Source of the DNA: Bryobacterales bacterium
Lineage (GTDB): Bacteria > Acidobacteriota > Terriglobia > Bryobacterales > UBA6623
Assembly: GCA_963422375.2 (NCBI GenBank)
Contig: OY729428.2
Coordinates: forward strand, 992,001-1,056,000
DNA: 64,000 nucleotides
Reading direction: 5' to 3'
The position numbers and the translations under genes were made by a program. Positions 1 through 10,162 of the stretch are shown piece by piece (the stretch's first letter is position 1; every line of letters starts with the position of its first letter). Under the pieces are notes generated by a model, which saw only the letters and a program-made list of their open reading frames with translations, did no database searches and was not told the origin of the DNA.

Positions 1-1811
1 CCCAGGTTGTTGTTCTGCCCCACATTGCTGTCGTAGCCCCCGTGGCTCTGGTCCAGGTAGACCGTCAGCAGCGACCCGTCAGGATGCCTGACCGGCCGGT
101 CGAGGACGAAGACCGCCTTGCGCGGCTGGTTGCTGCGCCCGTGACCGGCGAAAAGATCCCAAGCCGAGTCGGTACAGCCGTCGATGGCGAATTCCACGGG
201 ACCGGCGCGGCGCACGAAGCCTTCCTTGTGCGGAAAGACCGCCGGGTCGAGTTCGCGCTCGGGCAGGTCGATGTCGGCCGTGGCTGTTCGGATCCAGACT
301 TCGCGCGTGTCCTCGGGAGAGCCGGCCGGTGCCGCTTCCACGCGAACCTCGCTGAGAGCCCCGCTGCCGTAGACCGAGCGGCCGGGCCCGCCGAGAGGGA
401 GGTTGGGATCGGTTAGGACCTCGAGCCGGATCGCCGTGACCTCGGGCAGATCGGTCCGCGCCACCAGCTTCGCCACGTGCTCGGTCGGCGCGTAGCCCTG
501 GGCCAGCAACGATCCGTCCGGCTGGGGCAGGTACCGCTGGCCGCCCGTGGACAGGTCGTCCACTTCGAGCGCTAGGACCGTCCAGCGGGGCTGGCCGCCG
601 CGAACCGACTCCTCCCAAGCCTCCATGTGCGAGGCCCAGTCCGGGCTGTCGCGCATCAGGCCGTCCTCGATAGCGCGGATGCCGTCGAAAACAGAGTCGC
701 GGCGGATGCGGTCCTCTTCCGTGTAGACCGCGACCTTGGCCTCGTCGGCACTGTTCAGGAAGGCGAACAGACGGTAATAGTCCTCGTGAGTGAACGGATC
801 GTACTTGTGCGAGTGGCACTGGGCGCACTGGACGGTAAGCCCGAGGATTCCCTTGCCGATCGCGTCCATGCGGTCGAAGAGCGCTTCCATGCGGAACTGC
901 TCGGGGTCGGTGCCGCCCTCCTCGTTGACCATCGAGTTGCGCAGGTAGCCGGTCGCGATCTGGTGGGCCTGGGTGGCACCGGGAAGAAGGTCGCCCGCGA
1001 TCTGTTCGACCACAAAGCGGTCGTAGGGCATGTCCCGGTTCAGGGCGTCCACCACCCAGTCGCGGTAGAACCAGACTTGCCGCGGCATGTCCTTCTCGTA
1101 GCCGTCGGAATCCGCATAGCGCGCGGCGTCCAGCCAGAGCCGGCCCCAGCGCTCCCCGTAGTGCGGCGAGGAGAGCAGGCGGTCGGCCAGGCGGTCGAAG
1201 TCCCGGTCCGCCATGAACGAATCCAGTTCGTCCAGAGAGGGCGGCAGCCCCGTCAGGTCGAGGCTGAGGCGGCGCAACAGCGTGGCATCGCCTGCCCTCG
1301 GCATGGGCTCGAGACCTGCCTGCCGAAGCCGCGCCCGGACGAACGTGTCGATCGGGTGACCCGACTCGCCGGACCGTAGGGACGGTCGCAGGGGAGCCGC
1401 GAACGCCCAGTGACGTGCAGGAGCGGTCGGCTCGGGGCCCACGCCCGCCGGCCACCGCGCACCGTTCTCGATCCACTCACGGATGGCATCAATCTGCGCG
1501 GGGGAGAGCTGGCCGCCCATCGGCATCCGCGGGCCGTCGCTCAGGCCTGCCACGCGGCGGTAGAGCTCGCTCCGCTCTGGCTGACCCGGCACCAGCAAGC
1601 CGGCCGGCGCGTCGTCGCCGACCACCGCTGCCCGGGCGTCGAGACGCAGTCCGCGCATCCGCTGCTGCGGGCCGTGACACTCGAAGCACGACTCCCTAAG
1701 GATCGGGAACACGCGGCTCTCGAAGGGGAGCTGGGCATGCGCGGCTGGAAGCGCCCCGGCCAACGCCGCCGCGCAAGCCCAGAACCAAGTCCGACCATAC
1801 CCGCTAAGCAC
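1..1811 (-). CDS. PSD1/planctomycete cytochrome c domain protein (DUF1549/DUF1553), runs off window edge
   Basis: Manual translation: signal peptide, FESRVFPILRESCFECHGP, LRRLSLDLTGLPP, YGERWGRLWLDAARYADSDG, CAQCHSHKYDP. Absent from the ORF track because the 3' end is outside the window. GTG start approximate. Confidence 0.85.
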   Translation of the reverse strand, partial: MLSGYGRTWFWACAAALAGALPAAHAQLPFESRVFPILRESCFECHGPQQRMRGLRLDARAAVVGDDAPAGLLVPGQPERSELYRRVAGLSDGPRMPMGGQLSPAQIDAIREWIENGARWPAGVGPEPTAPARHWAFAAPLRPSLRSGESGHPIDTFVRARLRQAGLEPMPRAGDATLLRRLSLDLTGLPPSLDELDSFMADRDFDRLADRLLSSPHYGERWGRLWLDAARYADSDGYEKDMPRQVWFYRDWVVDALNRDMPYDRFVVEQIAGDLLPGATQAHQIATGYLRNSMVNEEGGTDPEQFRMEALFDRMDAIGKGILGLTVQCAQCHSHKYDPFTHEDYYRLFAFLNSADEAKVAVYTEEDRIRRDSVFDGIRAIEDGLMRDSPDWASHMEAWEESVRGGQPRWTVLALEVDDLSTGGQRYLPQPDGSLLAQGYAPTEHVAKLVARTDLPEVTAIRLEVLTDPNLPLGGPGRSVYGSGALSEVRVEAAPAGSPEDTREVWIRTATADIDLPERELDPAVFPHKEGFVRRAGPVEFAIDGCTDSAWDLFAGHGRSNQPRKAVFVLDRPVRHPDGSLLTVYLDQSHGGYDSNVGQNNNL

Positions 1812-1900
1812 GAAGCCCTCGCCAGCGCTAATCTAGCACCGCCGCGGCCCGGCTTGCCGGGGTCGCAGCCAGCCATCCGACTTGCTGGCAGGCAGCGCTG

Positions 1901-2548
1901 ATGCGCGCCCAAGCGGAGGCGGCCCGGGGCCAAGAGAATGACGCGGAGGCGCACTTCCTGCGGGCGTGCGAGATCGCGCCGAACCAGCCGGAGCCTAGGC
2001 TCCAGCTCGGCGTGTTCTACAACGGTCGGCAGCAGCACGGAAGGGCGGCGGAACAGTTCAGGAAGGTGCTCGCTCTGCAGCCGGCGGATCCCCGCTCCTA
2101 CGACTATCTGGGACTGAGCCTCGAAGCTCAGGGGGAGTTTGACAAGGCGGAATCCTCATTCCGCATGGGCCTGGCCAAGAACTCGGGTCCCCGGTTCGAT
2201 CCGATGCTCCACCACAACTTCGGCCGGCACCTGATGAAGCGGAATCGGCTCGCCGAGGCCGGGAAGCACTTGGACGAGGCGCTCCGCCTCGTCCCGAACG
2301 TGCGCGCCGTCCGCTACGAGCGCGCGAGGCTGGCCGAAATGGAAGGGAATCTGAACGGCGCGCGCTCGCACGCGGAGGCGGCCCTGAGACTCCCGGATCC
2401 GGGCGGAGTCATTCTGGACATGCAGGTCCATTACTTGCTTTCGCGCATCTTCAGAGCGCTCGGCGAGACCGACATAGCGGCGAAGTACGCGGCCTTGAGC
2501 CGAGAGGCCGATATCCCGCTGGACGCGAGGCGACGGTCCGGGCGCTAG
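1901..2548 (+). CDS. Tetratricopeptide repeat protein
   Basis: Repeated TPR-like helices (AAEQFRKVLALQPAD..SYDYLGLSL; HYLLSRIFRALG). Start uncertain. Confidence 0.75.
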   Translation: MRAQAEAARGQENDAEAHFLRACEIAPNQPEPRLQLGVFYNGRQQHGRAAEQFRKVLALQPADPRSYDYLGLSLEAQGEFDKAESSFRMGLAKNSGPRFDPMLHHNFGRHLMKRNRLAEAGKHLDEALRLVPNVRAVRYERARLAEMEGNLNGARSHAEAALRLPDPGGVILDMQVHYLLSRIFRALGETDIAAKYAALSREADIPLDARRRSGR

Positions 2549-2924
2549 CGCGCCGGTCAACCCGAGTCGGAGCGGACGTTCGAGGAGGCGATTGCGCGGA
2601 GCCTGCTGCGGCCCCTTCCGAGAGGCACTGTTCCTCGAGTCCCCCAACCGGCTGGGGACGCCTCGCTCCCTGCAGGAATCGCGGATACGGTAAGCCGCGA
2701 TTTCGTTGCACAGTCAGCTGGCGAGAAGAGACTCCACCGCAATTCCAAACACACGGCTCGGCACTGCCCGCCGAGGGAGGCAGCGGTGTCGGACACGCAT
2801 CCAACTGGATAAGAAGATTTCTCTTCCGGGCAGGCCACCAACAGAGATACGGCCACCTTCGCCTTGGGAATCCGGTTCAATAGTCACTGTGAGCTCGCAC
2901 GCCGAGTCCGTCCAAGATCTTCAT

Positions 2925-3959
2925 CTATAGCCATCCCTTGTTCTTCAGAACATCCGCTGCCAACTGGATTTTCCCGCGTGAGAATCGCTTCTTCCGATCA
3001 TCCCATCCGTGGACTTTCCTGATGACTTTGTCAATCGGTCTGGTCGCCTCGTGAACAAGGACCCAATGCACGGTTGAAAGGAGTTCGAGACTCTCATCCG
3101 TCTCGAATCCCTCAATAAGATCTACAACTTTGTCAAAGTGAGCGCATGTAATGGCTGATCCATCAAGAACTTCTTTCGCTCTATCAACCGCCTCACTCTT
3201 AGGCTCGATCTTCCTAAATCGATCATCTCCTCCATCCAAGTATCCAGATATAAAGTGACCGTCTATCGCGTTTAACATTTGGAGAAGATTCTCGGCATAG
3301 GGGCCATAGGGCCCCTTTACATATCTCAGATTCAGCTGCTCGCCGACGCACTGCATAAAATACATCAGTTCATGTATTTCTAAGAGCGTGACATACGGCT
3401 CAAAAAGACCACGCAAGAATCGATCCATCAAGCCAATCAAGGCAGCTCGACCAGGGGTCATAGTTGGGGTCGTCTTCGCCGGAACAGCGTTGACTCTTGA
3501 TGGTTGATCATGTGGCTCAAATACGATGATTTCTACACCCTTCAAGTCTCCCAATGATCGCTCTATCCGAGGGCGTACTTCGGTCCAGTTGAGACTGCCA
3601 AGCCCGCTACCCAGTGGCGGAACTGCGATAGAAGTGATTTTCCGTGCTCGGATTAGATCGGCAAGTGAATCCAATCCAGCTTCAATGTCTGCGATCAAGC
3701 TCTCGTTGTTCCAGTGTCTCTTGGCCGGAAAATTGATGATGTATCGAGGATTATTAGGTTGACCTGTCTTGAAGACAAACATAATTTCCGGACGTACTTG
3801 ATCGCGATGGCAGGCACTTGCGTAGGCCCGAAAATTCGCCGGAAATCTTTCTTTGAATTGAAGCGAGATACCGCGACCGATGACTCCCACGCAATTGACA
3901 GCGTTCACGAGCGCTTCTACGTCTTCATCAAATAGGTCGCCAGTCGAGAAGCGGATCAT
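2925..3959 (-). CDS. darG: Macrodomain protein, DarG antitoxin-like
   Basis: GDLF..VNAVNCVGVIGRGISLQFK..IINFPAKRHW..IAVPPLGSGLG, plus DarG C-terminal motifs (LMYF, KGPYGPYAENL, LELLSTVHW). Visibly lower GC than flanks. Confidence 0.85.
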   Translation of the reverse strand: MIRFSTGDLFDEDVEALVNAVNCVGVIGRGISLQFKERFPANFRAYASACHRDQVRPEIMFVFKTGQPNNPRYIINFPAKRHWNNESLIADIEAGLDSLADLIRARKITSIAVPPLGSGLGSLNWTEVRPRIERSLGDLKGVEIIVFEPHDQPSRVNAVPAKTTPTMTPGRAALIGLMDRFLRGLFEPYVTLLEIHELMYFMQCVGEQLNLRYVKGPYGPYAENLLQMLNAIDGHFISGYLDGGDDRFRKIEPKSEAVDRAKEVLDGSAITCAHFDKVVDLIEGFETDESLELLSTVHWVLVHEATRPIDKVIRKVHGWDDRKKRFSRGKIQLAADVLKNKGWL

Positions 3960-4028
3960 GTCACCAATCCAATCAACTATATCGCCGTGAGTCAAACTCG
4001 ATTGATTCTTCTTGTGAATCGATCAAGT

Positions 4029-5594
4029 CTACCAGTGGACAATATAGAGCGCTACGAATACCGCTACAGTGAGCGCCCACCACAGGCTTACCCTGCGATA
4101 GAGCGGATACCCGGCCAAGGTGATCGCCCGCGGGATTCGAAGCACAGCACGCGACCAGATTACGCGCTCCACGGATTTGGCGCTGGGTGGGGGAGTTATC
4201 CAACTGAGCAGTGCCATGCAACCCATGGACGCCACGTAGACGATGCCCGCGATGTTGAATGCGTTCATTTCGACTCCGGCCGCTCGCAGCCAGTACGGCA
4301 GCACGAACATCGGAAAGCAGATTCCAAGCGTCCAAGCGGCCGCCGCGGCGGTGGCTCGCCGCCAGAACACAGCGAGCAGGAAGATTGCCATAATCGGCGC
4401 CGCGATCAGAAACCAGCACTCTTGGAAATAGGAGAAGATGTTGTCGAAGCGCATGACGGTCGGCGCCCAGATAGCCCCGACCACGATGATTGCGACACCG
4501 GACCACCTTCCGACCCGGATGAGATCCCTCTCGCTTGCGTCCCTCCGGCAAACGCCCTTATAGAGGTCGATGGTCAGAATGGTGGCGCTTGAATTGACCA
4601 GCGCCTGGATGGTCGACATGATCGCGCCGCAGAGACCGGCGAGAATCAGCCCGCGCAGCCCGCCGGGGATCACGGTCTTGATCAGGAAGGGAAGCGCCTC
4701 GTCTCCGGAAGCGAGCTCCGGCTGGATCGCGTACGCCACCATTCCCGGAAAGATGTAGGCAAGAGCCGTGAACACGCCTAGGAAGCACGCCAGGACGATT
4801 CCCATGCGGGCATGCCACTCGTCCTTAGCGCCCAGCGAATTCTGATTGATGTACTGATTGGTGCAGAAGTACCAAGGTCCTGTCGAAAAGGCGAGGACGA
4901 CCATCGCCGTCCACGGCAGCTCGGGATCCGAAGCGGGGAGCACGAGATGCGCCCGCTCCCCGACGCCCACGATCGCCTCCCAGCCGCCCTCGACCTGGCT
5001 CATTCCCAAGAAGAAAACAAGCAGCCCGCCACCGATCAGGAGCGCGGACTGGAAGACCTGAGTCCACGCCACCGAACTCATCCCGCCGTACACCGTCAGC
5101 GTGCCGGACAGGATCGCAAGCCCCCAGATCCCGGCCTGCATGGGAATCCCGAGCATCTGCTCGAGCAGGTAGGCGCCCGAGAAGATCACTCCCGCGAGAT
5201 TGATGAAGACGTAGCTGATGACGCTGATGACCGCGTACATCCGCCGCACCGTCAGGCTGTAGCGAAGTTCGAGGAACTCCGGCATGGTGACGACACGGTT
5301 GCGCAGGTACACCGGCAGGAACACGCCGACGAGAAGGCTGTAGCCGATGAAGTTGAGCCACTCCCAGTTCGCGACGGCCATGCCGTGCGTGTAGGCGTAC
5401 CCGACGACCCCGACGAGCTGCTCCGTACTCAGCGAGGCTCCGATCGTGGAGAAGCCTATGACGGCCCAGGAGAGCCTGCCGGAGGCTAGGAAGAAGTCAC
5501 GCGAGGAGGCGGCCTTCTTCCTGCCCGCCCAGAAGCCGATCGCCAACGCCGCGACGAAGTACGCGACGAAAACGGCCTGGTCGAATATACCCAT
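4029..5594 (-). CDS. Sodium:solute symporter (SSS) family transporter
   Basis: Many TM helices; motifs DFFLASGRLSW, TMPEFLELRY, YGGMSSVAWT, AIMST..NS.ATILTIDLY. Confidence 0.93.
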   Translation of the reverse strand: MGIFDQAVFVAYFVAALAIGFWAGRKKAASSRDFFLASGRLSWAVIGFSTIGASLSTEQLVGVVGYAYTHGMAVANWEWLNFIGYSLLVGVFLPVYLRNRVVTMPEFLELRYSLTVRRMYAVISVISYVFINLAGVIFSGAYLLEQMLGIPMQAGIWGLAILSGTLTVYGGMSSVAWTQVFQSALLIGGGLLVFFLGMSQVEGGWEAIVGVGERAHLVLPASDPELPWTAMVVLAFSTGPWYFCTNQYINQNSLGAKDEWHARMGIVLACFLGVFTALAYIFPGMVAYAIQPELASGDEALPFLIKTVIPGGLRGLILAGLCGAIMSTIQALVNSSATILTIDLYKGVCRRDASERDLIRVGRWSGVAIIVVGAIWAPTVMRFDNIFSYFQECWFLIAAPIMAIFLLAVFWRRATAAAAAWTLGICFPMFVLPYWLRAAGVEMNAFNIAGIVYVASMGCMALLSWITPPPSAKSVERVIWSRAVLRIPRAITLAGYPLYRRVSLWWALTVAVFVALYIVHW

Positions 5595-5649
5595 GTCGTC
5601 GCCTTCCGGCGCGCTCTCTGTCTCCGTTGCCGCCGCCGGGGCGGAGGCC

Positions 5650-8379
5650 TTACGCGGCCGCCTCGAAGCGCAGGGTCACGATCTCCCAAGCACCCATGTC
5701 GAACGAGGCGGCGTTTCCGCTCAACCGAACCTGCGGCGACGCCGCGGGCCGGCCGTTGAAATCGACCGCTATGCACGACGCGGCCCGCAGGGGCAGCTCG
5801 ACTCTGACCTCCCCGGCGCGCCCGGCCGTGTCGTGAAGCCTGACCTCGTGCCCGCCGTCCCGGACAAGCCAGCTCGATGCCGCGACGCTGGCCGGTTCGG
5901 CCCCCAGGAAGCTATTGCGCTGCGGGAGATCCGCCCCCGCCCGGCTGTAGACATGCCGGGACGAGCAGGGATGGATCAGCTCGTCCGCGACTTGGGGAAT
6001 TCGCGCCTCGCGCCAGTCCCCGCCATGGGGCACCAGCGAGTAGCGGAAGCTGTGCTTGCCCTGGCCCGTGAAATACCGGTTCGCGAAGCGGTTCTCCATC
6101 TCGCCGCGCGGCACGATCGTCATCATCAGGATGTGTTCGAGCGAGCGCGTCTCGGGATGGAACAGCCAGCCCCGCTTGCCCTCGGCTCCCAGCACGGACA
6201 GGCCCTTGCCCGGCCCGCTGTAGTCGACCCAGTGGTGGGCGAAGAACACGTTCCTGCGCAGCAGTTCCTCGTTCGGGTCCGTGCCGTCGCCCCACGGCTC
6301 GCCCGACAGGTCGCGCGGCTCGGCACCGAACGGGATGCCCGCCGTGGGTATCGCGTCGAAGTCGAATACGACGTTGGCCGCGAAGTACCCGGAGCCCCCG
6401 GCGCTGTCCAGTTCGCAGAGGAAGTCCACGCGCTCGGTAGCGTGATTCAGCGAGACCGTCAGGTCCACGCCGTGCCCCCCTATGAGTCCTCGCATCCTGG
6501 CGGACGAGCGAAGCGCCCCGTCCTCGGTCAGCCTCCAGTCGCCGCCCTCGATCCGGTCTTCGCCCGTGACCGGTCCCCCATGCCAGGGCCAAGGGTCTTC
6601 GTTCCTGTAGTAGACCGGGTTGCCTGCGCCTAGATAGCTCGCGCCTCGGCGCTTGTCGGCGATCTGGCGAATCCCCTCCGTCCCCAGTTCGACCTTGAGG
6701 AACTCGTTCTCGAGCGCGGTCACCGGCGCGTCTGGATAGGCCGGCTCCTCGTCGCCCTCGGCACGGACCACGCGCACGGTGGCGTAGCCGAGTGCAGGCA
6801 CCTCGATGTCAGCCAGAAGCCACGCTTCCTTGTAGGTGTTCTTCGCGCCCGGCGGCAGGTGCTCGCTGGAGTTGTTGAAGTGGCGCACCCGCAGGAGCTG
6901 ATGGCGCAGTTGCCTGCCGTTCGGGTCGAGGAGCCTCAGCCTCGTAACCCTCGGCTCGGCGAAGACCGCCTTGATTTCGAGCGGCCCCCGCCGCTCCCAA
7001 GCCAGCGGGTTGAACACCGCGATCGTCTGGGCGTCCGCTTCGGACCGGATGCGATGCGTCAGGCGGCGCATCGCGTCGCTGCGCAGCCTGCCGGCCTGAA
7101 ACGTCACGTTCCGTCCGACTTGGATGGCGTCCGGCATGTCCTCGTCGCCGACGTAGAGGCCGTCGTGCGGGTAGAGCTTCAGCGCCTCGTACCAGAGTTC
7201 CTCGATTCTGGACTCCGGGTAGGCCGCCCCGGCGCAGGATGCGAGGGAACTGTAGACTTCCGCCTCGACGAGCTCGTGGTTGACGCGGTCGCGCCAGTTG
7301 TCGAGACCGCGGCTCCCGCACTGCCCGTACCAGAACGGCCATCCGACAGGGTCGATCGGCCCGCTGAAGCGCGGCACTCGCGAGCGGACCTTCTCCAGCT
7401 CGGCGAAATACTCGGTCGGCGTCGCGAACCGCAGCGGCGTGGTTTCCCGGCCCTGCCACGCCCTGACGAATCCAGGCAAGTCCAACGCCGGCTCCCCGTC
7501 GGCGTCGACGCTGTAGGTCGGGAGCGAGAGCGGCAGGGTGTGGTCCAGCCCGACCGGCACCCAGATCACGTTGGTGTCGCTGGCCGGCATCAGGAAGCGG
7601 AGCGCCGAATCGTAGAGCGCCCGCACCGCGCCCTCCCAGTCGTCCCGGTAGGCGTTGAGCTCGGCGAGATAGCCGCCGGGACCCTTCCCCATGCCCCACC
7701 CGCCCGCGAGCCAGCCGTACGGGCCGTAGGTCAGCATCACGCCGCTGCCGTCGAGGCCCTCCCAGACGAACTCGCGCTTGTAGCCCTTGCGGTCGAGCGC
7801 CCAGATGGGCCGGGTGAAGCGGTAGTAGCTGTAACCCGCCTTGCGCAGGATCTGCGGCATCTGGGTGTGGCCCGGGTGTATGTCGATGAAGCACGCCACG
7901 TCGAGCTTCGCGTCAGGAAACTCCCGCTCAAAGAACTTCCGGCCCAGCGTCAGGTTGCGGATCACGGCTTCGGGCTCGTTGAAGGGGTTGTCGTTATTGG
8001 CCACGCTGCCGGCCGCGATGCCGACGCGTCCAGCCTTCGAGAGCTCCTTGAGTTCGGCGAGCACCGCGGGCTTCAGCTCGGCGGTGCGGTCGATGCGCTC
8101 CAGCTTCACGTCGATGAACCACTTGAAGTTCTCGTCCCGGCGCATGATCTCGACGGCCCGTTCGTCGATGAGCGCGGCGCGCTCCCAGTGCCAGGCTTCC
8201 GACGCGAACCAAGAGAAGTCGTTGTGGCTGTAGGGGACGAGCAGGATCTTCGCCCCGGCGAGCTTCTCGCGGACCTGCTCGTAGGACTCCGACTCGGAAT
8301 CCCCCACCTGAGCCGCGGCTTGGGCCGCGGCACCGAGCAGCGCCATCAGGCCTAGGAACTCGCGACGGTCCACCGACAT
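5650..8379 (-). CDS. Tat-exported GH38 (alpha-mannosidase)-like glycoside hydrolase
   Basis: Tat motif DRREFL; SHNDFSW (HxDxxW); DIHPGH; FVWEGLDGS; PHDG; VFNPLAWER; LENEFLKV. Confidence 0.8.
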   Translation of the reverse strand: MSVDRREFLGLMALLGAAAQAAAQVGDSESESYEQVREKLAGAKILLVPYSHNDFSWFASEAWHWERAALIDERAVEIMRRDENFKWFIDVKLERIDRTAELKPAVLAELKELSKAGRVGIAAGSVANNDNPFNEPEAVIRNLTLGRKFFEREFPDAKLDVACFIDIHPGHTQMPQILRKAGYSYYRFTRPIWALDRKGYKREFVWEGLDGSGVMLTYGPYGWLAGGWGMGKGPGGYLAELNAYRDDWEGAVRALYDSALRFLMPASDTNVIWVPVGLDHTLPLSLPTYSVDADGEPALDLPGFVRAWQGRETTPLRFATPTEYFAELEKVRSRVPRFSGPIDPVGWPFWYGQCGSRGLDNWRDRVNHELVEAEVYSSLASCAGAAYPESRIEELWYEALKLYPHDGLYVGDEDMPDAIQVGRNVTFQAGRLRSDAMRRLTHRIRSEADAQTIAVFNPLAWERRGPLEIKAVFAEPRVTRLRLLDPNGRQLRHQLLRVRHFNNSSEHLPPGAKNTYKEAWLLADIEVPALGYATVRVVRAEGDEEPAYPDAPVTALENEFLKVELGTEGIRQIADKRRGASYLGAGNPVYYRNEDPWPWHGGPVTGEDRIEGGDWRLTEDGALRSSARMRGLIGGHGVDLTVSLNHATERVDFLCELDSAGGSGYFAANVVFDFDAIPTAGIPFGAEPRDLSGEPWGDGTDPNEELLRRNVFFAHHWVDYSGPGKGLSVLGAEGKRGWLFHPETRSLEHILMMTIVPRGEMENRFANRYFTGQGKHSFRYSLVPHGGDWREARIPQVADELIHPCSSRHVYSRAGADLPQRNSFLGAEPASVAASSWLVRDGGHEVRLHDTAGRAGEVRVELPLRAASCIAVDFNGRPAASPQVRLSGNAASFDMGAWEIVTLRFEAAA

Positions 8380-8456
8380 CCCATACAACCTACCGCAACC
8401 GATCCGCGGCCTGCCCTTCGCCGGCGACCGCGCCCGTCTAGGCTCGACGCAAGAAT

Positions 8457-9374
8457 CTAGGCCTCGGCCCCGCCCACGACTCGCAGCACCCGGTCCACGA
8501 GAAACCGCGCATGGGCGTCGGTATGGGGATCCGGGGTGAGCGTGGCCTCTCGCACCGTGCCGCAAGCGAGGATTCCGCGCCGGCGCAGCAGTTCCTTTTC
8601 CATGAAGAGCAGCAATTCCATGTTCTGCAGGCTGAACACCAAGTAGGGCAGGATTCTCTCGAAAAGGTCCGATGCCTCGCCCGCCTTGCCGGCGAGCGCG
8701 AGATCGAAGGTGCGCTGGAGCACGTCGGCCACGCCTAGCGCGGGCATCGCGCCGCAGATCCCGGCCTCGATGCCTTCCAGCAGGTACAGGCCACCCCATC
8801 CCTCGAGGACCTGCACCGCGCCGCGGGTCTCGTCAAGTATCTCGACGACCCGCGGCGCCATCAAGGGCTGCTCCAGCTTGAGGTAGCGGAACTGCGGGTA
8901 GGCCTCGTTCAGGCGGCGGGCCAGCGCCGCGGTGATCGTCTGTCCGCCCGGATTGAAATCCTGGACGAGCACGGGAAGGGACGTCGAACCGAACACGCGA
9001 TCGAGGAACCGGTACACGTCGCGCTCCGAAATGTCGAACATCCGCGGGATCGCAACCGAGATGAGATCCGCGCCCAGCTCCTCGTTCCGAGACGCGATTT
9101 CGCCCGCCAGCGCCGCGGAGTGATGGTTGGACTGAGCGAGAATCCGAACCCGGCCGCGTGCGGCCGCTACCGCGGCTTCGACCACTTGGTAGCGCTCGTC
9201 CATCGAGAGCTTGTAGAACTCGCTGGCGTACGCCGGCAGGCAGGCGCCGCTAAAGGCGCTGGCCACGCAGAACCGAACGGCGCGCCTCAGCGAGTCCAAG
9301 TCCAGATCCTGCCCGCCCGGACCGAACGGGGTCGGAAGTACCGGGACGATTCCGGAAAGCTCTGCGTCCTTCAT
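8457..9374 (-). CDS. DHDPS-family aldolase/dehydratase (2-keto-3-deoxy acid dehydratase-like)
   Basis: GIVPVLPTPF, AYASEFYKLS, Schiff-base Lys in YLKLE. ATGA overlap with the SDR stop. Confidence 0.85.
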   Translation of the reverse strand: MKDAELSGIVPVLPTPFGPGGQDLDLDSLRRAVRFCVASAFSGACLPAYASEFYKLSMDERYQVVEAAVAAARGRVRILAQSNHHSAALAGEIASRNEELGADLISVAIPRMFDISERDVYRFLDRVFGSTSLPVLVQDFNPGGQTITAALARRLNEAYPQFRYLKLEQPLMAPRVVEILDETRGAVQVLEGWGGLYLLEGIEAGICGAMPALGVADVLQRTFDLALAGKAGEASDLFERILPYLVFSLQNMELLLFMEKELLRRRGILACGTVREATLTPDPHTDAHARFLVDRVLRVVGGAEA

Positions 9375-10135
9375 TTGGGGGCCGATGCGGCACCGACCAT
9401 GCAACCGCCATCGCAGGTGATGGTAGTGCCGGTCAGGTAGTTCGAGGCGTCCGACACGAGAAAGCCGACCACATCCGCGACGTCCTCGGCCTGCTGGATC
9501 CGGCCCAGAGGGATCAGGCTCAAGAACTCCTCGCGGAACTCCGGGAAGTCCCGCAGCTCCCTAGCTGTCAGGCCGGCCTCGACGATGCCGGGAGCGATGG
9601 CGTTGACAGTGATTCCGTGGGGGGCCAGCTCGAGCGCGGCGCAGCGCGCCAGCATCCAAACGCCCGCCTTCGAGACGCAGTACGGGGCGATGAGCTTGTA
9701 CGGGACGTCCTGCACCCAGGAGCCGGTGAAGATGATCTTGCCCTTGCAACCCGCGTCCACCCAGCGCTTGGCCACCTCCTGCGTGACATGGAAGTAGCCG
9801 TCGAGGTTGACGGCCATATGCCGGTCCCATTCCTCGACCGAGTAGTCCAGGAACGGCACGTTCATGGCGATCCCGGCGTTGCACATGCAAACGTCGAGGC
9901 GGCCGAAATCTTCCCAGACTCGAGCCAAGGCGTCGCGCACCGCCTGCCTCCTAGACACGTCCGCCCTGACGAAGAGGACGCGCGCGCCCTTCGCGCGCAG
10001 GGCCTCGACCCGCTCGGGGCTCTCCTTGATATCGAGCAGGACCACGTCCAGGCCCATCGCGACCATCTTCTCGGCGCTGGCGTAGCCGAGATCGCCCACG
10101 CCGCCGGTGATCAACCCTACTTTCCTTCCGTCCAT
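9371..10135 (-). CDS. Short-chain dehydrogenase/reductase
   Basis: TGGVGDLG, CNAG, YCVSK (YxxxK), VNAIAPG. Confidence 0.95.
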   Translation of the reverse strand: MDGRKVGLITGGVGDLGYASAEKMVAMGLDVVLLDIKESPERVEALRAKGARVLFVRADVSRRQAVRDALARVWEDFGRLDVCMCNAGIAMNVPFLDYSVEEWDRHMAVNLDGYFHVTQEVAKRWVDAGCKGKIIFTGSWVQDVPYKLIAPYCVSKAGVWMLARCAALELAPHGITVNAIAPGIVEAGLTARELRDFPEFREEFLSLIPLGRIQQAEDVADVVGFLVSDASNYLTGTTITCDGGCMVGAASAPK

Positions 10136-10162
10136 TCGCGTTCGTCTCCGTGTGCCGACACC

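Noticed and set aside
2565..2612. SERTFEEAIARSLL, reminiscent of a type I HsdR N-terminus next to darG
   Set aside because: Too short, no start codon, and the similarity does not continue.
4029..4600. Apparently lower GC at the 3' end of the SSS gene (possible end replacement)
   Set aside because: The shift is slight, unquantified, and has no identifiable junction.
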